From Lama guanicoe (lineage: Eukaryota): a stretch of 64,000 nucleotides of DNA. The position numbers and the translations under genes were made by a program. The stretch lies in contig MU054187.1 of NCBI GenBank assembly GCA_013239625.1, positions 5,591,757-5,655,756 on the forward strand. The letters run 5' to 3'. The stretch's first letter is position 1. Each line of letters opens with the position of its first letter. Below the pieces are notes generated by a model. The model did not search any database, had not been told where the DNA came from, and saw only the letters and a list, made by a program, of their open reading frames with translations. Of this stretch, positions 1 through 12,930 are shown piece after piece.

Positions 1-110
1 AGTTAATTTGAATTTCAGATGAACAATGGGAAATTTTTTAGTAGAATATTATCCCAAATATTGCATGGATATACTTAAAGTTATTTTAACTAACAGGCAC
101 TTTCCACCAA
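1..110. mobile_element. MER53-like hAT MITE fragment (truncated by window start)
   Basis: agttaatttgaatttcagatgaacaa...tcccaaatattgcatgga resembles the palindromic MER53 consensus as recalled. Confidence 0.7.
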
Positions 111-569
111 TCCTGCCAAATATACAAGTGACATCTGCAAGTGAAAAGAGCAAATGAAAACAAAATGGAACTTTTCTAAACTACCAGAAATATAAAACAA
201 ATTCCAAGTGACCATGCTAGAGGTTTCCATTTTTTTGTTGTTCTTCTATACTGAAATTACAATACAAAGTATTTACTTAATATTGATTTAAAGGCATACA
301 TCAAAAAAATTCAGACAATTCTTTTTAACATTCATTTATTTTGTGGTGTTTGCAGTTATAAGTTTGTGGAAAAGTATAATTGGCTGGAATTTTTCTTATT
401 TTAAATAATTACCAATTTTCATAACCTATTTTATGTTTTTAAGAGATATCTCCAAATCGTATGAACTTCAGGCCCCACAAAATCTGGATCTAACTCTGGA
501 AACAGTAATAAACACAACTGATTTTTTTAAGAAAAGAAGAAATCATTGCATGAAGCTGAAATTCCAGTA

Positions 570-2010
570 TGGGAACCAACCAATAAATAAATCCCATAAA
601 TAAGGTAAATAGTGTGTGGGATGGTGATAAATGCTGTAGAGAAAAAGGCAGTAAGAAAGGAGAGTGAGGGGTGCCGGGGTGGGATTAATGTTCAATTCTA
701 AATAGGATAGTCTCAATGAAGCCCTCAGAAGGAGAGAACATTTGAGCAAAGTCTTGAAAAAGGTGAGGGAGTGACCCCATTGGATATCTGGGGAAAGAGG
801 GAGCCATGGGTAGAAAATCCCTGAGCCTGGGGTATGACTGAGGAACAGCCCTGTTGAGGCCAGTGTGATAAGAGCACAACAGACAAGGTTAGAGAGGAGA
901 GAAGCCTTGTAGGGCTATGGTTTTTAGTGAAAACGAGATGGCAAATAAATTGGAAGATTTTGAACAAAGGAGTCTGATGTGCTGATGTGGATTTAAAAGG
1001 ACTCCTCCAGCTGCCCGAGTATATGGAGGCAAGATCAGGAAGGCTACTCAGGAGGCAACTGATTCATTCAAGAGATGCCAATGATTTGTCAGAGTCATGA
1101 GAAGTGGTCAGATCTGGGATCTATTTTTTTTTCAGAGGGATTTATTTTTAAAGCAATGGTGGTAGATTTGGTAGATGAGATGATATATAATATGAGAAGA
1201 AAAAAAGAATCAAGGATGATAGTGTGGTTATTGATATGAGCAAAGGGAAAGATGGAGTTGCCATTTACTGGGATCAGAAAGACTTCAGGAGAAGCAAGTT
1301 TTGAGCAAAGGTTAAAACCACTCATTTCGAGACGTCAGACACCCAAATAAGACAGCAAGTCAGTATTTGACTAAGTGAGCTTGGAATTCAGGGAGAAAGT
1401 CTAGATTGAAGATATACATTTGTAATTCATTGACATAGAAAGCTATGAAGCTAAGAGAGCTCTCCAGGGGTAAGTGTAGAGAGAAAAATAACCCATGGAC
1501 TGACCACGGGCACTGGAAGGGCTTGGGGAGATGATGAAGAAACCACAAAGAAGGTGAAGAAGGAGCTCCTGGTGAGGCAGGAGAAAAACCAGGAGAGCAT
1601 TGTCCCGGAAGCCCAGTAAAGAGAATGTTTCAAAGAGGAAAGAGACACTAACTTAGTTAGATGATGCTGAGAATCGGGTCAGCTAAGGATTGACTACTGA
1701 ACTTAGTTTGGCAAAATAGAAGCCACTGGTAGCTTTCTTGAAAGTAGCTCTGGTGCAGTTGAGAGGGAGAAGGCTTCATCTGATTGATTTCAAAGGAGAA
1801 CAGGAGGAGAGGAATTGAAGAGAATGAGTACAGACAACTTAAGGAGGTTTGCTGTAAAAAGGAGGAGAAATGGGGCTCTAAGTGGATGGAGAAGTGGAGT
1901 AAGTCAGATTTTTTTTTTTTAAGAAATGAAACAGCAAAAATGTTTGTTTTTTGTGAAAAGGGTCCATTAGGAAGAGAGAGAGAAACTGATGATGAAAGAG
2001 AAGGAAGAAA
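570..2010 (-). mobile_element. L2 LINE, degenerate, 3' half
   Basis: Long purine-rich stretch with typical antisense-L2 motifs (ggtgataaatgctg, catttgagcaaag, gatggagttgccatttactg, tgtcccggaagcc). Confidence 0.8.
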
Positions 2011-2049
2011 TTATTTTTCATTAAATAAAAATGTGATGATTACCTTGTT

Positions 2050-2260
2050 TCTGTTGTTTATTGAGCGCTTACTAAAAAGAGCTGTGTCCTTGGTTCACAA
2101 AGTAATTATTTCTCACATCAACTCTATGGGCTACATGTATTACCACCATCTTATAAAGAAGCGTTTTGGCCACTTTCCTAAGGTTACACAGATAATAAGC
2201 AATAGGGTGAACATTTTAATTCAAGTTTATCTGATTCAAACACAGTAACTTCAAGTCTTC
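2050..2260 (-). mobile_element. MIR SINE
   Basis: tttattgagcgcttact...ctaaggttacacag...tctgattcaaa, antisense MIR pattern. Confidence 0.65.
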
Positions 2261-2412
2261 CTCCACTTTGTACTCCTAGCAATAATGCAACAGCACATAG
2301 TAAATATTTAGTCAATTTAGCAAATGTATTACTGCATGAATGAATAAATGGGAGTGCATATATACATATACGCACATATACTTACAGACATACATACACA
2401 TACACATTTACA

Positions 2413-2927
2413 CGTAATAGGGAAGAACAAATCTGACTCCGTATTGGATCTGTTCCTTTAGCTCCAACCCTGTTCTCTGTTTCTTGTGCTCAGTCATGCT
2501 GGTTCTGCACCTTCTGTTAAAGAATGTTGCCTATAACCTGAAGTATACAGGAGAGCCCATTCTCAAGGCTCTGACCTTTAAGGGTACAACACTTTTCCAT
2601 TCATATAGAGACAAAAAGTTGCAGAATAGAGAGTAACAATTGTCTTGTTGGAGGTTTACAGGAACATTGTGACCTGACCTATGTGGAGAGCTGCAAGAAC
2701 AAAGGATTCTGACACCAAGGAGTCTGCAACAACTGGTAACACCCGCTCCCCTTTTAGGATAAAAGGAGCCTGAATTCTGACGGGTAATATGGTTCTCCAG
2801 GGCATTAGTCCCCCGTCTTCTCGGTCTGCTGGCTTTCTGATGAAGTCGTTATTCCTTGCCCCAACACCTCATCTTCGGGCTTACTGGCTGCCATGCAGTG
2901 AGTAGAACAAGTTCGGACTTAGTAACA
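2413..2927 (+). mobile_element. ERV1-class solo LTR (515 bp)
   Basis: Starts (c)gtaataggg, ends agtaaca; 4-bp TSD 'taca' at 2409-2412 and 2928-2931; TATA-like ggataaaagg at ~2758. Confidence 0.8.
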
Positions 2928-4709
2928 TACATGCATTCACATATACACAAGAGATTGCAGTGGATAATTCAGGATAAGTGAGAAGCGGGTGGTTGAGGGA
3001 TTCTGTTAGTGGATCGGAAATCCCTCTCCTATTTCCTACAGAGGGTGCTGGCAGAGGGAAGTTACATAAAGAGAGCAGCAGAGGCCAAGCATCCACTTCT
3101 TCACAACTTCCTAAGTAAGCACTGGTTCAATCAGTTAAGACATAAGCCTCTTGGTAAAGACCTTGAACTGGTGATGCTACTTCTGAAAATCGCAAACAAG
3201 TAAATGGGATATTCCTTGCTTGGGGCACATTTCTCCCCCTTTAGACCCTAGGTTAGGCAGCGGTCAACACAAGCTGTATTGCAGAGAAAGTGTTAACTAC
3301 ACTACAGTAACCAAAAAACCGAGGGACAAGAAAAGCATCTTCCCCATTCATTAGAATCTCACTTCCTCATTCTGCAGTCTATTTTTTTCAAATAGTGTAA
3401 TTTCTAAATTCCCTGGCATTTTATTTAAACAAATAAACAGGGGTATATGATAATTTTCAAGGTTCCCAGCAGAATATCAGATGGATTTAAATTTTAGCGA
3501 CAGCCTGACCTTCAGGTAGCTGTTCATTATATTCTGTAAACACAAACACTTGTAAGCCACCAGGAATGTGTATAACGTAACATTCCAACATGTGTGAAAT
3601 TCACCCTCAAAATGAACACTAGCTCTTTGTGAAGAAGCGTCATCTACTGCCTCCCTTTCTGCTTCAAAGAATCATCGTTTTTCGGTAGTAATGAATTTTT
3701 TCCAATAATCCACTGACATTAAACCGCTGTGGAGTGATGCGCATACCAGTTTCTATACATTTTTAGATTATATATTTAACTCTGAGTTGAGCAAATTACA
3801 CAGGCTTGGAGAGCCGTTCCATTTTCTTTCCTCATTAAAATTTAGCTTCATTGATGCCGTCTCTGATATTAGCAATCATATTCTCAATAGAATTTTGAGC
3901 AGCATTTTTTCACTTTCAGTGCACAAATAAGTGACATAACCTTTCTCGGTGGCATGATAATCTCCTTGGCTTTAATTATTGTTCCTTAGAATACTGTATC
4001 TTCCTACTCTATGGGCTTTAAAATATATTCCCATTTCTATTCTAAAACAGTTCCTTCTAGTTAAGAAACAAAAGAACACATACATTTATGCCACCTTCTT
4101 TAGAAACTGTGCTTTATCATTTCAGTGGTCATTGTATCTAGCACATAAAGTATTGGAATACGATATTGTGCAATCATAAAAGAAACAGAATCTTAGAAAA
4201 CCACAGGGCTTAACATACATCAGCCAGCAGGATGAATTTGAGATCAAACATTGGAAGGTAGAGGGACTCTAAAATAGAGCTCTCACTTTGTTCAGTTTGG
4301 AGGGGTTTAGAAATATTCAGTTCTGTACATGAAAGAAATACAAATCTCTTTTAATGATGTTCGCATCCTATGAAAAAAGCATTTTGAGTTATTAAATGAT
4401 GATTGTGCTTTTGTAATGATTTTTTGCAAATCAGAGATGGTACATAGATTTAACGTTTCATGTCAACTCTCATCACTTGGTAGAACCTGACTGGAAATTT
4501 ATTGGACACATACAACATACACACAACCCACATTACACAGTCAAAGAAACTGAGAGTTAGTGTCAAATAACTCACCTAAGATATCCATTATTAAGTTGTA
4601 GAACCAGCATTTGAACTCATGTCTGTCTGTCTCCAAGGCACAAGTGCATAGCAGCAGTGTTGAGGAATGTTCACACATATGCAAGTGAGATAAGTCACAG
4701 GAAGGTTTC

Positions 4710-5590
4710 TACCCTCCCCAGCTTTACTGAGATATAATTGACAAAATTTAAAGTGTAAAATGTAATGATTTTATCTATCTCTAGCTATCTACCTATCTCT
4801 ATCTACAAGTAAGAAAAGGATCCCCACCATTGAGTTAATTGACACATCCACCACCTCATGTATACACTTCCTGTGTGTAAACACTGAAGTTCTAACAATT
4901 TTTAATTATACAATACAGTATTATCAATTATAGTCATATTATACCATAGATCCTCAGATCTTATACATCTTATAACTGAAATTGCATACCTTTTAACCAG
5001 CTTCTCCTGTATTCTCTACCCAACAGTTCCTAGCAACCACCATTCTACTCTTGCTTTCTATGAATTTGACTTTTTTTTTTTTGAGATTCCACATATAAAG
5101 GATACTGTGCAGCATTTATCTTTCTTTTTCTGGCTAAATTCTCTCCAGGTTCATCCATGTTGTAGCAAATGGTAGGATTTTTCTTCTTTTTAAAGGCTGA
5201 ATAATATTCTATTATAGATACATACCACATTTTCTTTATCCTTTTATCCACTGACAGACACCTAGATTGTTTCAGTATGTTGATTATTGTGAATATACTC
5301 TTGCTTTCTATGAATTTGACTTTTTTTTTTGAGATTCCACATATAAAGGATACTGTGCAGCATTTATCTTTCTCTGTCTGGCTAAATGCTCTCCAGGTTC
5401 ATCCATGTTGTAGCAAATGGTAGGATTTTTCTTCTTTTTAAAGGCTGAATAATATTCTATTATAGATACATACCACATTTTCTTTATCCTTTTATCCACT
5501 GACAGACACCTAGATTGTTTCAGTATGTTGATTATTGTGAATAATGGTGCAAGGACCATGGGAGTACATTTATCTCTTCAAGACAGTGAA
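4710..5590 (-). mobile_element. L1 3' end (L1MA/MB-type), containing an internal tandem duplication
   Basis: ctttactgagatataattgaca..., gattccacatataa, ttcatccatgttgtagcaaatgg; minus-strand ORFs read KKMWYVSIIEYYSAFKK, like the L1 ORF2 C-terminus. Confidence 0.85.
5046..5543. repeat. Tandem duplication, 250 bp + 248 bp
   Basis: 5046-5295 and 5296-5543 are identical except a T12/T10 run and 3 substitutions. Confidence 0.97.
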
Positions 5591-5939
5591 TTGTTAATAT
5601 TTTGTTGAGGATTTTGGCAGCTTGGCTCACCAGGAGCTCCTGCAACTTACCCACCCATATCTCCAGTTTTTAAGGCTTTGACTGCTGGGGTTATGCTCTT
5701 GATGACTAATTAAATATCACTTCCAGTTCCAGGCTACATATTACTTTTAGCCTCACTTTGAGTCTATGAGTGAAAGGCTGTTTCTTTCAGGGACCCAGTT
5801 GTATCCAAATATATTTTGTTCGTGATGCCTCCTAATAGCACATTAACTTGACCCCACATCTGGTCAACCCATTTCTACCCAATATTCCATATTGGGGTAG
5901 GAGTTTCTTTCCCCAACATAGAATAGTCACTCTATATTT

Positions 5940-7110
5940 AATACAATTCTCCACTTTTTCTTAATCATTTTCTTTTCTCTTTTTTCCTTTTTAGAGAAAT
6001 ATCATTTTTCTGCCTATATAAATTATGCAAACATATTTAAAAGTTATATGATGAACATTCTTCATGAATGTTTGTCTGCAGCTTTAACTAAGACAGAGTT
6101 ACTGGGTGAAGCAACATGAACTTCTCAAAGGCTTTTGAAACCTGATGCCGAATCGTTTTCTAGAAATGTATTCATTATTTTGCTAGAGCAATGCCTAAGA
6201 GCACTGTTTTCACTGCATCCATGTCAGCATCAATTATTAAATTTTAAAAGATATTCTTTCTAACTTGATGAATAAAAATACTGCATATTTTTACATTTGC
6301 ATTAATTTTAACATTCATGTGAGGGTGAACATTTTTGCATATTTATTTTCATATTTATATGTCATTGTGTAAATTGTTTATGATTCACCTCTTTTTAAAA
6401 ATCAGGATTTAGAATTTATCTGAATCATTTGTAAGAGATCTTTACATTTAAGGTAATTAAAAGTAAATATAATTTAAAAATTACATTTGTAACATAAATA
6501 AAATGTATATAAATATAATACAGATAGCATATTATAAATATATTATATATAAATATACATTACAAATTATGTATACAACAAATGTAATATTCAGTTTATC
6601 ATTTATTAGATTTTCATATTGATTTGCAATACCCAAGTCACCTTGAATTATTAAAGGATAATTCTATCAGTATTTTAGGCGTAACTTCTTCATTGTTTTG
6701 AAGACATGCAAAGTTCTTTCCTAGACAGGGAGTAAATATTGATACATACTTTCTTCTAGGTTTTTGTTTTTCTCTGGTTTCTTTTTTTAAGTCTAATTTT
6801 CTGTGGGTTGTAAGGGAAAGACCTAATGTGACTTCTTCCCCAAACAGTCCATTTTACAAAAAGTTATATAAGATTAATGCATTGATTCCTCATTAATTTA
6901 TTATTATAACTTTATCATAAACTTAAATACTGCATTTCCAAATACATATATATATATAAAATCCATTGATCTGCCTATTCCTATATCAGCATTTAATTGT
7001 TTTAATTATTGTAACTTTTAGTGTTCTTCAGTATCCTGAGGGCATATTCACTTGAAAGGAAGGTAGAGCCCTCTTTACATAATGTAAAATGTTATCTTTA
7101 TTAATTTAAT
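5940..7110 (-). mobile_element. Old L1 (L1ME-like) fragments with AT-rich low-complexity insert
   Basis: atgatgaacattcttcatgaatg, ttttacatttgcattaattt, gaacatttttgcatattt, atccattgatctgcc resemble antisense L1 ORF2/3'UTR. Confidence 0.6.
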
Positions 7111-10100
7111 CTCATTAATTTATTCTTCAGCTCCTTGTAGCCCTACTTTTATGTTTATAGTTTCCACGTTATCTGTCAAAGCCAAAAGAAAGTGTCGTGA
7201 TCTTAAATAAAATTTCTAAAAGACTTTGCCTTTTACCAGGTAAGATGATCTCATTTACATTTATTTTGTAGATGGTAAAATGTAGTCTTCATTCAGGTAA
7301 CAAATTACTTGTGTGCCTAGTACATCAGGCTTGCTCCTCGCAAATGTTGGTGAATAAGACCAACAAGATCCTTCTTTTGGGAACTTCTCTTGTGGTCAAA
7401 GGAGTCAACATGGGCATCACACTTGCTGTTCTTTATGCTCTTTTCCATTTCCTTTATCTTTTTCCTACACACAGACATAATGCCTTTTCCCATTTGTTAT
7501 TCTCCAGCCTCCAGCTTACTGAATCCCTGTCAATGTCTTCCTCCCTGTTGTTCGGTGAGAATTGCAAGATCCAAATCAACAAACAAAATGAGGCATCTTT
7601 TTTATATCAAGATGATATCATAAAGAAGTGATGTGCCAACAGTTGCCTGTGCATAGCAGAGACTCAGGTCGGGGTTGGTGAGCCGGTGGACAGATGTTGA
7701 AAACCAGTCGTGGTAGAGCTGTAGTTCTGGAAGGGGTATGGTACATCCCTACTTTGGGAAGAAATGTGGCAGAGCTCTGCTTTCTTTCCAGGGAGCAAGA
7801 TGCTCTAGTGTAGGTGTGGCTTTAGATTTTATCTATTGTCATTCCATTTTGTCCTGTGGCATAAAGTCAGCCTTATATTTAACATTGTAAATTCTCATGT
7901 CTTTATCTTATACCTTCATTTCTTCATGAGTATTTTACTGAGAAGCTGAGGGAGTTTATAAAGCAAGTACCATCGTAAATGGCCAGTCCCGTACTTCAAG
8001 AACACCTCTCACTTTTTCACGTCTCCTTTTCTCCATGTTTCACCGACACATCAGTCCCAAAGGCAAGGTGCCTTTGCCCTGGAGCCTGGAGAGGATTCCT
8101 TTTTCATTATCCTCATTCTGGAATTCAAGATATCTATTTATAGCTAAAAGCAACTATTTCCAGTCGGTACAACAATTTTTAAATACTTAAAATCCGGCTC
8201 CCTCTGTTGGTAATGGAATTGGTTCTATCGTCATTTTGAAGGATGGGGGTTATTTTTTAAACTTTTGATGAATTAATCAGTTGTTTTTTCTTTTCAGGTT
8301 GTTAGCCTTAATTGAATATAAGCCACTTCAAAGTTTTTGTGATGGTGTAAATAAATAATTATTTAAATTGACCCAGTCTTAACTTCTAAATCTATTTAGA
8401 AATCAATATAGGGTTTAATAGTCTATTTGGTGTTTTGGTTAATATGATATTTAAAACAAAATATTTCAAACACTTATGTCATTTTCTGGTTCTGTGGTTT
8501 ATTTTTTTTTTTCCATTAAGCTCTAAAAAGTCATTGTCAGCTGATTTTTGCATATTCTTAAAGTCACACTCATGCATTATAAAATGGGTTACCAAAAATA
8601 CAGGGACCTATATCTAATTAGATATATTTTAAATACTTTTAAAACTTTATGAAGATAGCATTGGTGTCTACTGGTGTTTAATTCATACTCAACATCCTTT
8701 CTAACTTAAATTAAATCCTTATTGGAGACATTTATTCCAACTGTAACTGTTTTCCCTAATGAACTACCAATTCATTTCCCCACACAGCATGTTCTAATTT
8801 GTGCGTGTGGTAGTTTCTAGAAACATATGGGGACCAACTGTGGTTATGTTTGGGAATCTTCTGTACAAAAACACGATAATTGCTTTTGTTTCACTGATTA
8901 CTCTCTAAGACAGTTTCAAACCTCTTCAACTTTTTCTCTATCCATGAGGTTTTTAATCGCAAATTCCCTTCTGTTTTATCAGATGAATTTCCCATAATGA
9001 GCATATTGGATGGGCTGGTTCATCTGTCCAGAGGTTCTATGATCTTTAGAAAAGATCAACCCCTTGCACAGAATTTACAAATTGTTCCCAGATATCAGAC
9101 ATCATCAGCCTTGTTATTTCCATAACGCCATAAACACAAAAGCAGAAGAGACATAAAAGGTATGAGGCCTTTTGCAACATAAAAGGGAAAACAAGATTGG
9201 CATATCCTTTGCTTGTGGGTTTTTTTTTTTTTTTTGAGGGGCTAGTGGGGAGGAGGTTGCAGCAAAAGATACAATAATACAAGCATCTTCCTGATTGATT
9301 AAAGTAGTGAAGTGCATTCTTCGGTTCATAAATAATGCTCTGTTACTTTTCTTCAAAGACAGGTAAACCTTGACAGAATGACCTTTTCCAGGGCAGGAGT
9401 CGTTTCAGTGCCATAAATTACACTGTAAAACGAGTGGAAATGTTACTTGAGAAGTGTGTGACAAAATGAGATTAAAGATTACTATACACAAAAGATTGTT
9501 GTTTTATTAATGGATTCCTGTCAATGGGATGAAAAACCCTCAGCTTTCTACTGGAGGCTGAGATCCCATCATGCTGCAAATTAGGAGGGCATTTTCTAAA
9601 AGGTGTCAAAATAACAATATTCTGATTAGGTTTTTCCTCCTGTATCATACTTGCTCTTAAAGCATATTTAGTTGTTGTCAAATAAGCTCGTACCTTCCAC
9701 AGTCATTTGTTTGCAAAGAGAAGGATGAGGCTGTCGGCGGCTTTGGTGTTAGGTCTGCGGCTGCAGTGCGATTGGAGGTAGACACTGCTGAACAGAAGCC
9801 GGGGCGGCAGCGTCTCCGTCAGCGCGCTGTGCATCACCAAGAAGAGAGAGCATATGGTCATTCTCCAACCATTCATTTATCTGGTGAACGCTCCATCTGA
9901 CAGAGCCATCCATGCCCTTGGAAGAAAGGAAGAATAATCACGTAGTGACTTAAGCTCTAAGCAGCTCTGAATTTTTTTTTTACAATACATTTGTTTCCAA
10001 TTTTACCAATTAGTAAAAAGCGACTTGAAAGGATCACTTAAAAATACAATGAAGGATCTAAATCTACTTAAATGAAATCATGGGAGTTCAAGGGCTTTCT

Positions 10101-12429
10101 GTAAACATCCACACCCTGTACCAATGCCATTTAGGATCCCTTTCAATGTTATCATCACACTTTTGCTGTAGTCATTATCATTCCTGCCCAATTTTTCCTT
10201 AAAATCAAGACTATGTGTTTAAAACATTTCTCCATAGACTCTCTGGAAAGGTAAGTGTCATCTAAACAAAAAAAAAATAAGTAAATAAACAGAGTAAAAT
10301 GAAGTGATCATGGTGGCAAAAAGGAATGACAAAGGGGAAAAAGGAAAAGAAAAGAATCACAAAGCAGCAGATAAATATTCTGAATGATACATTTTGGTAG
10401 GAACGTTCATTCGAGTCTTCTGGCCCTTTCTTGCTCCATGTAGCGAACATACGATGGAGTAAAACAGAAAAGGAAACAAAAATCGTCCCACAGAATTAAA
10501 GTTTTCAGAACCTGCCTTGGAGTTTCATGTAGCATGGTTCACTCTAATAACTGCCCTTGTTAGGGAGAGCATATGCTCAGCACGGCGTGTTGCTATAAAT
10601 CACTCCTTGTCACCAAGAAGAATAGATACACTGGCTCCCACTGCTCTGTGGTGCTTTATAACTAGACACAGGGTATTGATGTTACCTTCGTTATTGGAAG
10701 AACAGAAGCGTCTGCCTTCCTGCACCCACACCATTTTAAAGACAGGTGTCAGGAGCCAAATGAGGAAACAATAAGATTAGTGTTACAAGGAGCATCCGTC
10801 TTCTTCGCAGACAAACATAAAACTGTACTTAGTGCACGTGGGGTGGACGGGAGGAGCTGGGGAGATACTCTGCATGTGCTTTTAGAGTGTAAAGCAGAAA
10901 GCCACCGCTGACCCTTGCGTAGCACTTACCCACTTTCTCCAAAGTGTGCTCTGTTTACTTAGTTAAGGAACTATCTGAAGAGAGATCCAATGATTCAAAT
11001 TTCACATTTGTCTTAGCACAAATTAAAGACTCTATTGTTATACTGGTTGTAAGACAGACCTCAATATCCTCTGTTTAGGCAAAAAAAAAAAAATTTAACT
11101 AAAAGACTCTTCAGTAGGGAGCTTAGACCCCAGGCTGATGTTTTCCTGCACCTGTGCCCGCCCCATGCTCCTCACGAGCAGCGCAAGCCTGTGCTCCTCC
11201 TCGGTCGGTCTCAGGCAATGCAGAAGTGAACAGCATATGTGAAGAATCTTCAGGAGCCAATATAGTCTCTAAAAAGACCTGTAATCTAAGAGCCTGAACG
11301 GCAGTGATTCCGAACGTAGACATCGCGCTTCGAGGCATCCCTAATCATGGAAGCTAAGGACGTGTGTTGGATGTCAAGCATTGCTTTCCTTAACAGTTGG
11401 ATCAATCAACCTACCCTTTTATTCTTACCATTAGAAAAAAACTAATCTCTCCCAAGGTCTCTTTCCTGCCAGAATGTGTTTACTCATCAGTGTTCAATGA
11501 GCACTTGCTGGGTGCCTTCTATGAACCAGCCAGTGAACCTCAGAGCTCCCATGATTCTTCAGATCCACAAGAATCACTCCCCAAAGTTGTCCTTCTGCTA
11601 CTGATAGAGAGAAGTTAATCTCTCCTGCGTCTCTAAACTTCTTCGTAAGCAGAACATTTTTCATGCTTCCAAAATTCAGCTTTTAAATTCTAAATTTGGT
11701 GAAATTAGGACTAGGTTCCTAATCTCACAAAGAGGGTACCATCTTATTTTGTGGTTTGTGGGTATCATTGTAAAGCATAAAAACACTTCCAATATGATTC
11801 CACATATGTGTTAATTCATATCTAACTCTTAGTATCTGCAGTTGTGAGGCTGAATTCATTTGAGTTTCACAGAATAACATTCTAACAGCAGTACTCCACA
11901 ATGCTACAGATTTCTCTTGGAAGATGTAACAAGTTACACAGAAACAATTTATATCTGCTTAAGCATTTATACACATCTGCATACTTATACTCAGAACCAC
12001 CTCAAATTTTGTCTTAGGGGAACTCTAATACAGTGCTAGTATAAATATTGAACACATCTAAGCTAAATTCAGATTAAGAATGGCCCCTTAATCATAACGT
12101 TCCCCAGCTTTCTGGGAACAGCTAGGGAAGCCAGTCAGATTTGTTTTCACTTCTTGGTAAAGACTGAGTGTGTTTCCTCGAACAAAGAGGCTCAAAAAAC
12201 ACTTACAGATTAGTGCTACTGCATACTTCTCACTGATTTGACTGTATCTCTTACTGTTCACCGCTTACCATTCTGTTATAGTCACTGTGATGGAACAAAG
12301 ACATAGGCAGTAAGTAGCAACACGACCCTAACACATGAGAGTCTCAGACACTGGGAGAAGATTCCAGTCTTACATTGTAATATTGAAAAAATTTCCAGAT
12401 CAGGTGAAGGAAAACAACGTGTGTTAAAA

Positions 12430-12930
12430 AATTCTTAAATCCAGCAGTCGAAAATATAGAATCATAGCTTTATTAAGGATGGGGAAATTCGTCCTGAATA
12501 AGACTCACAATTCAGGAGTCATAGAGAATTATACTGGCAATTATATTGGCATGTTGAAATTTTAAATCTATAAGGCCCAAACACTGTCAAGAAAGTTAAA
12601 ACAGAAGTCACACTATAAAAACACATTTTTAGTGTCCATAAAAGAAAAAAGCAATAGTCCTTACATGTTAAAAAACCACCTCAATTTAATTAAACCAATA
12701 ACCCGGTAGAAAAAAATTGTTAAAGGATATGAACACCCAGTAAAATAGAATGAAACCAGATAATGAAACAGCAAATGAACAAAAACATAGTGATCAACTC
12801 ATTGATAAGCAGAAAAACGTAAATTAAAGGAGACATTTCTACCCATCAAATCTGTAAATACGTAGAAGAATATTAACGAATTTGACTTGGGTTTAGGAAG
12901 ACCATTTGACAAACTCAGCTACAACTGATG
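12430..12930 (+). mobile_element. Old L1 3' ORF2 fragment
   Basis: ccaataacccggtagaaaaaaattgttaaaggatatgaaca, caactcattgataagcagaaaaacgtaaattaaa, acatttctacccatcaaa. Confidence 0.65.

Noticed and set aside
1784..2248. 154-aa plus-strand ORF
   Set aside because: Runs through antisense L2 and MIR sequence.
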